A stretch of DNA of 43,602 nt from an uncultured Verrucomicrobiota bacterium (GTDB taxonomy: Bacteria > Verrucomicrobiota > Verrucomicrobiia > Limisphaerales > UBA1100). The stretch lies in contig CAYUXV010000042.1 in assembly GCA_964448875.1 (NCBI GenBank), positions 1 to 43,602 of the forward strand, written 5' to 3'. The translations under genes were made by a program, and so were the position numbers. This document shows, in pieces, positions 1 through 9,267 of this stretch (positions are counted from its first letter, which is position 1; each line of letters begins with the position of its first letter). The notes beneath the pieces were generated by a model. That model did no database searches, was not told where the DNA came from, and saw only the letters and a list, made by a program, of their open reading frames with translations.

Positions 1-348
1 GTGCAAGCTGTTCTGCTCGGTCACGCCCCACACCGGGGAACCCGGCCAAGGGTTGGTCGAGAGGCGACTTTTCTGCAGGCGACACCGTGCTGCTATACGG
101 GGTATAGCCAATCCTCAAAAGGCCTAATTGTTCGCATTGAAATACTGTGGCGGGAAAATATTGGCCTGGATAAGAATAGTAGCAGCAGGGACTTTAGTGG
201 GTTGCTTCGTTGGCGTTGTGTTGAATGAAGCACTTCTGCAGAGCCTTTTGCAAATCAGCAATCTGTGTCTTGGTGAGGGCGGGGTTGTCCTGTCTGGTCT
301 TATTGAGGCGAAATTTTCATGGGCGCCGCAGTGAATGAAGAATGATTC

Positions 349-654
349 TTACGGCCCGACTTTCCACGTTAGTTTTTTCAACTCTTCACGGGTGACTGAT
401 TTCCCTCCGCCATGGGGCATGGCAACTGCGATGGTTTTCAACTGATGTTTGTCCATGAACTTCAACGCATCTTCAAGCCCTCCGGCACCATTCCAGCCTA
501 GCTCACACTCGAATAATAATACAGTCGAGCCTTGGTCCTCGGCATCAAAACTGAATTTTCCAATCATGGATTTGTTTATGGCGTAGTGAGAAATGCGTTC
601 TTCTTTTTTTATTTCATTGCCCGCCTTCAATTGCGCTTTCAGATGTGCTTTCAA
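349..654 (-). CDS. hypothetical protein (101 aa), family not recognised
   Basis: Intact ATG-initiated ORF in the six-frame track. No motif I can name. Its composition looks like real protein, unlike the overlapping + strand ORF. Confidence 0.45.
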   Translation of the reverse strand: MKAHLKAQLKAGNEIKKEERISHYAINKSMIGKFSFDAEDQGSTVLLFECELGWNGAGGLEDALKFMDKHQLKTIAVAMPHGGGKSVTREELKKLTWKVGP

Positions 655-783
655 CTTTTCGTAGTTCTGCGATTGATGTTAAAGAAAATTGGCAAACATT
701 TCCTGACCTCCCCCACTCTTGAGAATTAAATCACTCCAAGCAGCAGGGTACGGTTCTTCGGTATCTGCCTCAGCTCCAATCAT

Positions 784-1455
784 TTATCTTGAAATCAGTG
801 CTGCAGTGTTGGTGCTCTTCATCATATTAGCCCGCTTGAATACTGATTTTGGCAGTTCTTTAATATTCGCATCTTCATCGGCACCAAAGATTTTTTCGAT
901 AGAAAGTGTGCCGCCGACTCTATCCCCACGACCAATGGTAACAGTATCGCCGACTTTAGGGGTTTTTGAGGAAAAGGTCATTAATTCCCCATTTTGCACC
1001 ATTTTTACTTTCAATCCATTAACTTCATAGGCGTCTGGTGTGGGACCTGCTTTCACGAATCCTTCGGGTGAATCAATAGCAATAGTAATCTTACCATTTT
1101 TACCGTAAATGAACATTGCTGGTGATTGGCTTGACCCCACCTTCTTAAACACAATCTTTTTTCCCCAAAGAAAAGCAGCTAAAGAATCCTTGGGAGGTTT
1201 AGGCAATGGCTTTTCATTGTCACTTCCTGTTGAGTCAGCAATCAATTTGATTTCACCACCAAAAGTGTCCTTGGGTAGTTTAGGTTCTGTTTTTTCATTG
1301 CCTCTTCCCTTTTGCGACGTTTTGCCGGCAGGTGATTCTTTAGCTCCACTTTTACCGCCATCACCTCCGCCACAGCCGGAAAGGGCTACAGAGATGGCAA
1401 AGACATAAAGTGAAATCGTGAGCTGTTTAATATTAAATTTCACGCCACCGACCAT
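784..1455 (-). CDS. putative lipoprotein
   Basis: The ORF runs 784..1521. The internal Met at 1455 (CAT at 1453-1455) gives MVGGVKFNIKQLTISLYVFAISVALSGC, which has a basic n-region, a hydrophobic core and an L-S-G-C lipobox, followed by a Gly/Lys/Ser-rich linker. Confidence 0.6.
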   Translation of the reverse strand: MVGGVKFNIKQLTISLYVFAISVALSGCGGGDGGKSGAKESPAGKTSQKGRGNEKTEPKLPKDTFGGEIKLIADSTGSDNEKPLPKPPKDSLAAFLWGKKIVFKKVGSSQSPAMFIYGKNGKITIAIDSPEGFVKAGPTPDAYEVNGLKVKMVQNGELMTFSSKTPKVGDTVTIGRGDRVGGTLSIEKIFGADEDANIKELPKSVFKRANMMKSTNTAALISR

Positions 1456-1589
1456 ACCCAAACCAATGCTGGCGTCAATGGTGGTACGGGGAACATTCCA
1501 GCGCTGATTGTGTGGCCTCAAAGGGTAAACTGTTCGGCTTCAAATTTGGTCTTTGCACGAGGCAGGTGAAAATCGCATCCTAGCCACGC

Positions 1590-2192
1590 ATGGCCCACGA
1601 ACCTGACGCGTCCGAAAAGCTTTGGCAGAGTTATGCATCTGTTTTCCGTGATTTTGATGACCTGACCCTGGCTCGCTGGATGGCGCAGACACTGGGGCAG
1701 CTACAGGGTGGTCTCTGGCGTCTTTCACACCCACTGGTGGCTTCCTATCGTCTGGCGGCTCAAGTCGGTTATGAACGCCAAGTGTGGCATCAGCGCATGG
1801 TGAATGTGCCCGCGGACTATCCGCAGGTTGAATGTTGCCGGGCCCCACTTTTGCCGATGGTGACACGTGATCTCCTCGATAACGGTCTTATTTGTATTCA
1901 TTGCAATGATACAGCTGTCGGACTCGATAATCTCGGCCAGTATCGAAAGGCCCTTGAGGTTTGGGCAGAAGAATATCAACCGATACACGATGTTGCACAC
2001 TGGGATGAAGCAAAGCGACTAAGCGCAGGGGATTATGATCTAAGTTGTGAACAAGCTGCTGAGAAAGCGGAAAAAATGCTTGCTCAGGTCGGCGGGGAGT
2101 TGACTTCCAATTTGTTGGAACTCTTCCCGGCTGTCATTTGGGAGGATCAGGACGAATGTTTGCAGGTTCGCCCAGAGGATATCGGCTGTTAA
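1590..2192 (+). CDS. hypothetical protein (200 aa) with Cys cluster (ECC-x26-CIHC), acidic C-terminus
   Basis: Long ATG ORF with protein-like composition, divergent from the lipoprotein gene. No family recognised. Confidence 0.5.
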   Translation: MAHEPDASEKLWQSYASVFRDFDDLTLARWMAQTLGQLQGGLWRLSHPLVASYRLAAQVGYERQVWHQRMVNVPADYPQVECCRAPLLPMVTRDLLDNGLICIHCNDTAVGLDNLGQYRKALEVWAEEYQPIHDVAHWDEAKRLSAGDYDLSCEQAAEKAEKMLAQVGGELTSNLLELFPAVIWEDQDECLQVRPEDIGC

Positions 2193-3259
2193 ATTTTAAC
2201 CTTAAACTCTTCGCCCTTTTTCACGGACTCCGCAAATCCGGCCATGAGCTTCGGGATTTGCTCAAGATCCTTCAAGTTGACGACCTCAATGGGGGAATGC
2301 ATGTAGCGGTTGGGTAGGCTGATAAGCGCGCTGGCGATACCGCCACGAGTCCAAAATATGACATCGGTGTCGGTGCCGCTGGTGGCGCTGACAGTCTCAT
2401 GTTGCAGAGGGATTTTCGCTTTTTTTGCAACAGCCTCGATGCGCTTGACGACTTCGGGATGATTGCAGGTGCCATGCGTTACGGTAGGTCCCGATCCCAT
2501 TTTAACATCGCCATGTGTGCTTTTGCTAATTGTCGGATAGTCCGTGGCATGAGTGACATCAACCCCCAGCGCTACGGATGGATCCAGTGAATAGGCAATC
2601 TGGCGTGCCCCAAAGAGCCCGACTTCTTCCTGTGTGTTGGAGACAGCGCAGACTTCGACATTCAGCTTCTTTTTTGACTCACTCAGGAGGCGGAGAGTTT
2701 CCGCTACGGCAAAGGTGCCGATACGGTTATCAAATGCGCGCGCCACGACCAAATCCCCATGAAGCACCTCAAAATTCTGGTTGACCGTGATGGGGTCACC
2801 GACCCGTACACGTTTTTCGGCAGCCTTACGGTTTTTTGAACCGATATCGATGAATAGCTCATGTATCTTTGGCACCTTTGGCGAGCCATCCACCCTTGTC
2901 ATGTGCGGCGGGGGATGTCCAACACCGCCCTTCACAGCGCCCTTGGCCGAATGGATGGTAACGCGCTGAGCCTTGCTCACTATTGCGTCCACACCGCCCA
3001 TGCGTTTCACGTAGATGAAGCCATTGTCATCTACATAGTTGACCGACAGCGCAATTTCATCCGCGTGGCCTGCAAGCATTATTCTTGGTCCGCCGCCCTT
3101 GTTAAGTACGGCAACGCAGTTGCCATAAGCATCGGAGGACGTTTCGTCAGCATATTGACTAACGTAATCAAGCCATACTCGTTGACCACGCGTTTCGTAG
3201 CTGACTGGACTTGGCGTGTTTACGAGTGTTTTCAGAAATTCAAGAGAGGCACTGCGCAT
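2189..3259 (-). CDS. M42 family metallopeptidase (glutamyl aminopeptidase / FrvX-like)
   Basis: Contains LEFLKTLVNTPSPVSYE, GHADEIAL, IDIG and FDNRIG blocks typical of M42. The ORF extends to 3340, but Met at 3259 (MRSASLEFLK...) matches the family N-terminus and leaves an 86 bp divergent promoter region with proB. Confidence 0.8.
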   Translation of the reverse strand: MRSASLEFLKTLVNTPSPVSYETRGQRVWLDYVSQYADETSSDAYGNCVAVLNKGGGPRIMLAGHADEIALSVNYVDDNGFIYVKRMGGVDAIVSKAQRVTIHSAKGAVKGGVGHPPPHMTRVDGSPKVPKIHELFIDIGSKNRKAAEKRVRVGDPITVNQNFEVLHGDLVVARAFDNRIGTFAVAETLRLLSESKKKLNVEVCAVSNTQEEVGLFGARQIAYSLDPSVALGVDVTHATDYPTISKSTHGDVKMGSGPTVTHGTCNHPEVVKRIEAVAKKAKIPLQHETVSATSGTDTDVIFWTRGGIASALISLPNRYMHSPIEVVNLKDLEQIPKLMAGFAESVKKGEEFKVKI

Positions 3260-3345
3260 GAGATTATGATTAATGTAGTGAGGCGATGTTGTCGAGACCC
3301 CAAACCTCTCGACGCATTTAGAGGCATCTGTTACCAACATCTTTT

Positions 3346-4416
3346 ATGCGCGCAAAATTGCGAAATGCATCACTGATAGTCCTTAAGCTGGGAACCGGCA
3401 TCCTCACGGATCGTCGCAATCGGTTGGCGCAGGGGCGTATCCGGCAGTTGGTCGGGCAGGTGGCACGCGCGCGTAAGAAGGGGTACGAGGTGGTGGTGGT
3501 TTCCTCCGGGGCAGTGGGCGCAGGCATGGAAGGGTTGGGGTTATCGAATATGCCGACCCGCCTTGAGGAACTCCAAGCATGTGCCGCAGTTGGCCAGTCG
3601 CGTTTGATGGCGGCATATCAGGAATTATTTGCGCAAGCTGGCCTGGCGGTGGGACAGGTGCTTTTGACACACGATGATCTGCAGCATCATGAGCGCCATC
3701 TCAATGCACGCAATACCATCATGGCGCTTTTGGACCGAGGTATTGTCCCTATCATCAATGAAAATGACGCGGTTTCATTCACGGAATTGACCGTGGGTGA
3801 TAACGATCAACTTTCAGCGCTTGTCGCCTCACTATTGCCCGCAGATTTACTCCTATTGTTGACGACAGCTGAAGGGGTGGTTCGTAATTTTGGAAAATCT
3901 GGTGCCAAGGTGATTTCGGTTGTGCGGAAAATTGATGGTTCAGTACGTCGGCACGCAAAGGGAACGCAAAGCCGGACCAGTATCGGGGGCATGGTTTCAA
4001 AAATTGACGCGGCTGATGTGGCGGTGCGCTCGGGTATTCCGGCGGTCATCGCCTCAGGTACGCAACGTGGTGTTCTGGGTAAAATTTTAGCGGGCGATAA
4101 TGTGGGTACGCTTTTTGTTCCGGCACCCCAAAAGCTAAAGAGTCGCAAACGGTGGATTGCTTTCTTTCATCACCCAAAAGGTGCACTGGTGGTGGATTCT
4201 GGAGCGAGGTCGGCATTGCGTGAACGGGGCAAGAGTTTGCTATTGCCGGGTATTGTGCGTTGCGAAGGAGAATTCGCGGGAGGCGATGTGGTGAAAATTT
4301 GTGATCTTGAGGGGACTGAATTTGCTCAGGGCATCAGCCGGGCGTCGCGTACGGATGTAGAAAGAGGTGTGACGGAGAAGGTAGTGGTGCATTGTGACGA
4401 CCTGGTGGTTTTATAA
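3346..4416 (+). CDS. proB: glutamate 5-kinase with C-terminal PUA domain
   Basis: Contains VVVSSGAVGAG, PIINENDAV and a C-terminal PUA-like segment (GALVVDSGARSALRERGKSLLLPGIV...GDVVKI). Confidence 0.92.
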   Translation: MRAKLRNASLIVLKLGTGILTDRRNRLAQGRIRQLVGQVARARKKGYEVVVVSSGAVGAGMEGLGLSNMPTRLEELQACAAVGQSRLMAAYQELFAQAGLAVGQVLLTHDDLQHHERHLNARNTIMALLDRGIVPIINENDAVSFTELTVGDNDQLSALVASLLPADLLLLLTTAEGVVRNFGKSGAKVISVVRKIDGSVRRHAKGTQSRTSIGGMVSKIDAADVAVRSGIPAVIASGTQRGVLGKILAGDNVGTLFVPAPQKLKSRKRWIAFFHHPKGALVVDSGARSALRERGKSLLLPGIVRCEGEFAGGDVVKICDLEGTEFAQGISRASRTDVERGVTEKVVVHCDDLVVL

Positions 4417-5084
4417 TGGCAAAACCTAAGCCCATCGATGAACTACAGCAGGTAATGGCTCGTTTGCGGGCTCCGGACGGCTGTCCATGGGATCGCGAGC
4501 AAAACCACATGAGCATCCGATTGTGTGCTGTTGAGGAGGCATACGAATTGGTTGATGCCATCGAGGAAGCTGATGATGGTGAAATGGTTGAGGAATTGGG
4601 TGATTTACTTCTTCAAGTGGTGTTTCACGCACAAATGGCCAGTGAACGTGGGGTATTTGATTTTGACGAAGTAGTTGAACACATTACGCAAAAGTTAATC
4701 CGGAGACATCCACACGTCTTTGGTGATAAAGATGTAGAGGGTGTTGATGCCGTCTGGGAACAATGGGAAAAAATAAAAAATGCTGAAAAAGCTGGAACGA
4801 AAAATGAACGCAAATCGATTTTTGATGGTATCCCGCGTCATTTACCTGCGCTCATGCGTGCGCATGAGGTTTCAAAAAAAGCGCGTAAAAATGGATTAAT
4901 GGCGAATGGTCGAAAGAGTGGAAGTAAGGAAGCGCTTGGTGCTGAGTTGTTCCGTTTGGTAAAGCGAGCTCAAGCAAACGGATGGTCGGCCGAAGAGATT
5001 TTACGTGCTGAAATTGCCCAGCAAGAGAAGGAATTGCGTGATCGAGAACGGAAGTACGCTGGACAAACCGATCTAAAACGTTAG
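4416..5084 (+). CDS. mazG: nucleoside triphosphate pyrophosphohydrolase MazG
   Basis: Contains LRAPDGCPWDREQ, EEAYELVDAIE, ELGDLLLQVVFH and KLIRRHPHVFG motifs. Its start overlaps the proB stop (TAATG). Confidence 0.9.
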   Translation: MAKPKPIDELQQVMARLRAPDGCPWDREQNHMSIRLCAVEEAYELVDAIEEADDGEMVEELGDLLLQVVFHAQMASERGVFDFDEVVEHITQKLIRRHPHVFGDKDVEGVDAVWEQWEKIKNAEKAGTKNERKSIFDGIPRHLPALMRAHEVSKKARKNGLMANGRKSGSKEALGAELFRLVKRAQANGWSAEEILRAEIAQQEKELRDRERKYAGQTDLKR

Positions 5085-5095
5085 CTTTTCCGCCT

Positions 5096-6208
5096 ATGAG
5101 CGATCCGCGTTACAATAAGCTTGCCAAGTTGCTGGTTGAGTACTCCTGTGCCTTGAAGAAGGGTGAGGCCGTTTTTATTGACCTTAGTGACGTGCCTGAT
5201 GGGATGGGGGTAGCGTTACTTCGAGCTGCTCGCAAAGTCGGAGCTATTCCGCTTATAGAGACCAGGAATTCACGCGTTGTGCGTGAAGCACTGCGCGCTT
5301 CCAATGATGAACACGCGAAGTTAGTGCGCGACGTGGAGCTGAATCGCATGAAGAAGGTGCAAGCATATATTGCTATCCGTGGCGCAGATAACGCAAGTGA
5401 GCTGAGTGATGTGGCAAGTAAGACGATGCAGATGTATTCTAAAACAATGCGTCCTGTGCTAAATTACCGTGTTAATAAAACCCGTTGGGTGGTATTGCGG
5501 TGGCCGACTCCAAGTATGGCTCAATCAGCGAATATGAGCACGGAAGCATTCGAGGACTTTTATTTCGACGTTTGCACCTTTGATTACCGGAAATTGCAGA
5601 AGGCAATGAATCCGCTTGCCCGTCGAATGTCCAAAGCTCGAAATGTGCATTTAAAAGGACCCGGGACGGATTTACAATTTAGCATAAAAGGAATGCCGGC
5701 TATACCGTGTGGTGGCGATCGAAATATTCCTGATGGAGAAGTGTTCTCATGCCCTGAAAAAAAATCGTGTAATGGTGTAATACAGTTTAACACCCCGTCG
5801 CTATATGCAGGTACAAAATTTGAGAATGTGCGATTGGAGCTGAAGGAAGGCAGGGTGGTAAACGCAACTGCCAATAACACAAAACGACTCAATGAGATTT
5901 TGGATACTGATGCTGGAGCGCGTTACATTGGTGAGTTTTCGTTGGGCCTCAACCCGTTTATTGAAAGTCCGATGTGTGACATATTATTTGATGAAAAAAT
6001 CACTGGATCACTGCATTTCACGCCGGGGCAAGCTTACGAAGAATGCGATAATGGTAATAGATCAGCCGTACACTGGGACATGGTGCTAATTCAACGTAAA
6101 GACTGGGGTGGGGGAGAGGTATGGTTTGATGGTGAATTAATCCGCAAAAACGGTCTGTTTGTGGCAAAGGATTTGTTAGCGTTAAATCCTAAGAACCTTA
6201 AAAGATAA
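5096..6208 (+). CDS. M29 family aminopeptidase (AmpS/PepS-like)
   Basis: 370 aa. N-terminal YNKLAKLLVEYSCALKKGEAV and a C-terminal GEFSLGLNP...HFTPG...AVHWDMV pattern, both typical of thermophilic metalloprotease M29. Confidence 0.8.
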   Translation: MSDPRYNKLAKLLVEYSCALKKGEAVFIDLSDVPDGMGVALLRAARKVGAIPLIETRNSRVVREALRASNDEHAKLVRDVELNRMKKVQAYIAIRGADNASELSDVASKTMQMYSKTMRPVLNYRVNKTRWVVLRWPTPSMAQSANMSTEAFEDFYFDVCTFDYRKLQKAMNPLARRMSKARNVHLKGPGTDLQFSIKGMPAIPCGGDRNIPDGEVFSCPEKKSCNGVIQFNTPSLYAGTKFENVRLELKEGRVVNATANNTKRLNEILDTDAGARYIGEFSLGLNPFIESPMCDILFDEKITGSLHFTPGQAYEECDNGNRSAVHWDMVLIQRKDWGGGEVWFDGELIRKNGLFVAKDLLALNPKNLKR

Positions 6209-6284
6209 TCTCCTGCAACAATTGGCGCTTGGGCGAGCGTGTAGCAAGTTGCTTTAGGGAGGGAGTTAGAGGTGGTGCTCCTTG

Positions 6285-6686
6285 TTAGATAGGCAGGTCG
6301 TCTCCCGTGAAGGCATTCGGGAGCAGGCTCAAGAAGTCGGTTTCGTTGGCCGGTGAGCTGGGGTTATCTGAATCGACAAGTATCAGGGTGGCTTCAGGTG
6401 CGAATTCAGCAATAATTTGGCGGCAGGCTCCACAGGGAGGAGCCCCTTTGGTGCTTGCAATGGCAATTGCACTGAAACGATTTTGGTTCTCAGTCAAAGC
6501 CTTGAATATGGCAACTCGTTCGGCACAGCAACTTAGACCGTAACTTGCGCTTTCAACATTTGCGCCGGTTACGGTTATGCCGTCGGAGGTTTGCAGGGCG
6601 GCACCAACTTTGAATTTGCTATATGGGGCATGAGCCTGCTCACGGGCAGCGAGAGCAGCTTGAATCAGTTTTGTGTGATCAGCCAT
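6285..6686 (-). CDS. cdd: cytidine deaminase
   Basis: Zinc-binding motifs CAERVAIFKA and PCGACRQ. The likely start is MADHTKL (CAT at 6684-6686), 2 nt after the upstream PNP stop. Confidence 0.9.
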   Translation of the reverse strand: MADHTKLIQAALAAREQAHAPYSKFKVGAALQTSDGITVTGANVESASYGLSCCAERVAIFKALTENQNRFSAIAIASTKGAPPCGACRQIIAEFAPEATLILVDSDNPSSPANETDFLSLLPNAFTGDDLPI

Positions 6687-7497
6687 GGCGTTTCGTGAAT
6701 TCACTTATCAATCGTTGGGCTTGATTTGAGATTTTATCAACAGTCTCAAGTACTTCGTGGTGTGACAGGCCATCTTTACTGATTCCGGAGGCGGCATTAG
6801 TAATACAGGACATAGCTGCGATCCGGAGACCGTGTTGTCGAGCGACCAAGACCTCGGGAACGGTGCTCATGCCAACGGCATCCGCGCCAAGCTTGGCAAA
6901 GGCGCGTATCTCGGCAGGCGTTTCGTAATTGGGGCCGGGCAGTGCAATATAGATTCCCTGGTGTAGTGACACTTTCGTGACGCGGGCGGCATCGATCATG
7001 GTCTTGGCCATGTCTGTGTCATAAGTATCTGAAAGATCAATAAAGCGTTCCAGTCTAGTGGGCATATCGCCGCGCAGTGGACTGTCAGGCATCAGGTTGA
7101 TGTGATCCTTAAATAGCATAAAATGACCGGGAAGGAATTTGCGATTAATTCCTCCTGCGGCATTCGTAAGCAGCACAGATTCCACTCCGCATTCAGCCAG
7201 TACCCGAATCGGAAATGTGACTTGCGCCATGGAGTGGCCTTCGTAGTAGTGAGAACGTCCGTTTAATACGATGACGGGTACACCATTGAGTCGGCCGATA
7301 AGTGTCTCGCCACGATGACCCGTAACACCGGATTTTACAAATCCGGGGATTTCAGCGTACGGAGTACTGGCGTCTATATCGATATCATTGGTCACACAGT
7401 GAAAGCCACTGCCAAGCACAATAGCTAGGCGTGGTTGCAGTCCGCTGACTTGTTGCAAGTATTTGGCAGAGGTTTTCGGATTGACTTTAGGGCTCAC
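6679..7497 (-). CDS. purine nucleoside phosphorylase (trimeric PNP/MTAP family)
   Basis: Contains GHRGETLIG, RSHYYEGHSM, LLTNAAGGIN and GMSTVPEV motifs of the PNP-I family. Confidence 0.88.
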   Translation of the reverse strand: MSPKVNPKTSAKYLQQVSGLQPRLAIVLGSGFHCVTNDIDIDASTPYAEIPGFVKSGVTGHRGETLIGRLNGVPVIVLNGRSHYYEGHSMAQVTFPIRVLAECGVESVLLTNAAGGINRKFLPGHFMLFKDHINLMPDSPLRGDMPTRLERFIDLSDTYDTDMAKTMIDAARVTKVSLHQGIYIALPGPNYETPAEIRAFAKLGADAVGMSTVPEVLVARQHGLRIAAMSCITNAASGISKDGLSHHEVLETVDKISNQAQRLISEFTKRHG

Positions 7498-7553
7498 TTT
7501 TGGCGGGGTGATTTATTCCGCAGCGACACTTCGCTGTCGATTACTTTGTTTTA

Positions 7554-8708
7554 ATGAGTGTGCAACTAAGCAACGAGGAAATACAACGCTACTCACGGCA
7601 TTTAATTTTGCCTGAAGTAGGCATGGCAGGGCAAAAGGCTATCAAGGACACCAGTGTGCTATGTATTGGCACCGGTGGCCTTGGATCACCTATCGCTATG
7701 TATCTTGCAGCAGCGGGTATTGGGAAAATTGGTATTGTTGATTTTGACGAAGTCGATTTCTCGAACCTACAACGGCAAATTATACATGGCACAAGAGATG
7801 TAGGGCGGCCGAAGGTTCAGTCGGGCAAAGAAACTCTCAACGGAATCAATCCTGAAGTAGAGATTGTAGTGCACGAGACCATGCTTACGAGTGCCAATGA
7901 AATGGAAATTATTGAGCCATACGGGATTGTAGTTGATGGCACTGACAACTTTCCTACACGTTATCTAACTAATGACGCGTGTGTGTTATTAAAGAAGCCG
8001 AATGTGTACGGTTCGATTTTTCGGTTCGAGGGGCAAGCGAGTGTATTTGCACCGGAATTGGGCGGCCCATGTTATCGCTGTCTTTATCCAGAACCGCCAC
8101 CTCCAGGGATGGTGCCGAGTTGTGCGGAGGGCGGTGTGCTGGGCATATTGCCGGGAATCATCGGTTGCATTCAAGCGACAGAGATTTTGAAACTTGCGAT
8201 AGGGAAAGGCAGTTCACTCGTTGGTCGACTGTTGTTGTATAACGCTTTGGACATGAAGTTCCGCGAGCTGAAGTTACGGCGTGATCCTAAATGTCCTGTT
8301 TGTGGTGATAATCCTACTGTTACTGAATTGATAGACTATGAAATGTTCTGCGGCATCCAAGATGAGCCTGAGGATGCCTCACTGCATCCCGATGAAGTGA
8401 CTGTGCAAGATATGAAAAAAGCACTAGATAATGTTGGTGCTGAGATAAAGGTGCTCGATGTTAGAGAGCATGATGAGCATGAAATAGCGCACATAGATGG
8501 AGTGCCTTTAATTCCACTTGGTGAGTTGCCTCAACGTTTCACGGAATTGGATCCAAATAAGCAACTTTACATACATTGTAAGATGGGAGGACGTTCACTA
8601 AAAGCTGTGGAGTTCCTCAAACAACAAGGTTTCAAATACACTAAAAGTGTTCGAGGTGGTATTAACGCTTGGAGCGAGGAAATAGATTCCAGTGTGCCGC
8701 GTTATTAG
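7554..8708 (+). CDS. moeB: MoeB/ThiF-type adenylyltransferase fused to a C-terminal rhodanese domain (MoeZ-like)
   Basis: Contains YSRHLILPEVG, the GTGGLGSP Rossmann loop and CYRC / CPVCG zinc sites. The C-terminal IHCKMGGRS is a rhodanese active-site loop. Confidence 0.88.
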   Translation: MSVQLSNEEIQRYSRHLILPEVGMAGQKAIKDTSVLCIGTGGLGSPIAMYLAAAGIGKIGIVDFDEVDFSNLQRQIIHGTRDVGRPKVQSGKETLNGINPEVEIVVHETMLTSANEMEIIEPYGIVVDGTDNFPTRYLTNDACVLLKKPNVYGSIFRFEGQASVFAPELGGPCYRCLYPEPPPPGMVPSCAEGGVLGILPGIIGCIQATEILKLAIGKGSSLVGRLLLYNALDMKFRELKLRRDPKCPVCGDNPTVTELIDYEMFCGIQDEPEDASLHPDEVTVQDMKKALDNVGAEIKVLDVREHDEHEIAHIDGVPLIPLGELPQRFTELDPNKQLYIHCKMGGRSLKAVEFLKQQGFKYTKSVRGGINAWSEEIDSSVPRY

Positions 8709-8762
8709 GAGCAAATGAAATTTTTCTTCCGCAGGCAGAGTTTCTGACGCATCTTAATAGTC

Positions 8763-9266
8763 ATGGGTATCCGTCGTGACGCGCGCGAGCGCGTAATTCA
8801 ATATTTATTTCAGTATGACATCAATCCTTCGGGAGAGATTTCAAAAGCATTGGAATATTTATGGGCTACACAAAGGGATGCTGCTATTTCAGCAAGTGAG
8901 GGAAAATCGACTTGGGGGGAACCGGTTGAGCTGCCGCCACCCACTTCTGATGAAGTGGCTACGGCATTGTTTGCTGAGACACTCATTCATGGAGTCCTAA
9001 CTCATCGTGATAAAATCGATCAACTCATTGTTAGTTATGCTGACAACTGGGATCTTAGCCGTATGGCTGTGGTGGATCGCAACATTTTACGTCTTGCTGC
9101 TTATGAGATGATTCATCGGGAAGATATTCCGCCTATCGTTTCTATTAATGAAGCTGTTGATATAGCAAAAAAGTATTCCACTGAGGATAGCGGCAAGTTT
9201 GTAAATGGAATTTTAGACAAAATTTGCACGGGACTATCAAGGTCTGCACGTGCTGCCACAACCTGA
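8763..9266 (+). CDS. nusB: transcription antitermination factor NusB
   Basis: Contains RRDARERVIQYLFQ, DRNILRLAAYEM, INEAVDIAKKY and FVNGILD. Confidence 0.9.
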   Translation: MGIRRDARERVIQYLFQYDINPSGEISKALEYLWATQRDAAISASEGKSTWGEPVELPPPTSDEVATALFAETLIHGVLTHRDKIDQLIVSYADNWDLSRMAVVDRNILRLAAYEMIHREDIPPIVSINEAVDIAKKYSTEDSGKFVNGILDKICTGLSRSARAATT

Positions 9267-9267
9267 G

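Noticed and set aside
1-110. Left-edge fragment as SRP (4.5S) RNA, 5S rRNA or tmRNA
   Set aside because: There is superficial similarity (GCTGTT, GGTCA, GCCAAGG). But the conserved SRP helix-8 GGAA tetraloop context and the GAAGCAGCC strand, the 5S loop motifs, and the tmRNA T-arm/ACCA end are all absent.
6209-6284. 76-nt convergent intergenic region checked as a possible tRNA or bidirectional terminator
   Set aside because: There is no T-loop (GTTCRANYC-like) or acceptor/CCA features. Only short imperfect stems are present (GCAAC...GTTGC, CGCT...AGCG), with no U-tract.
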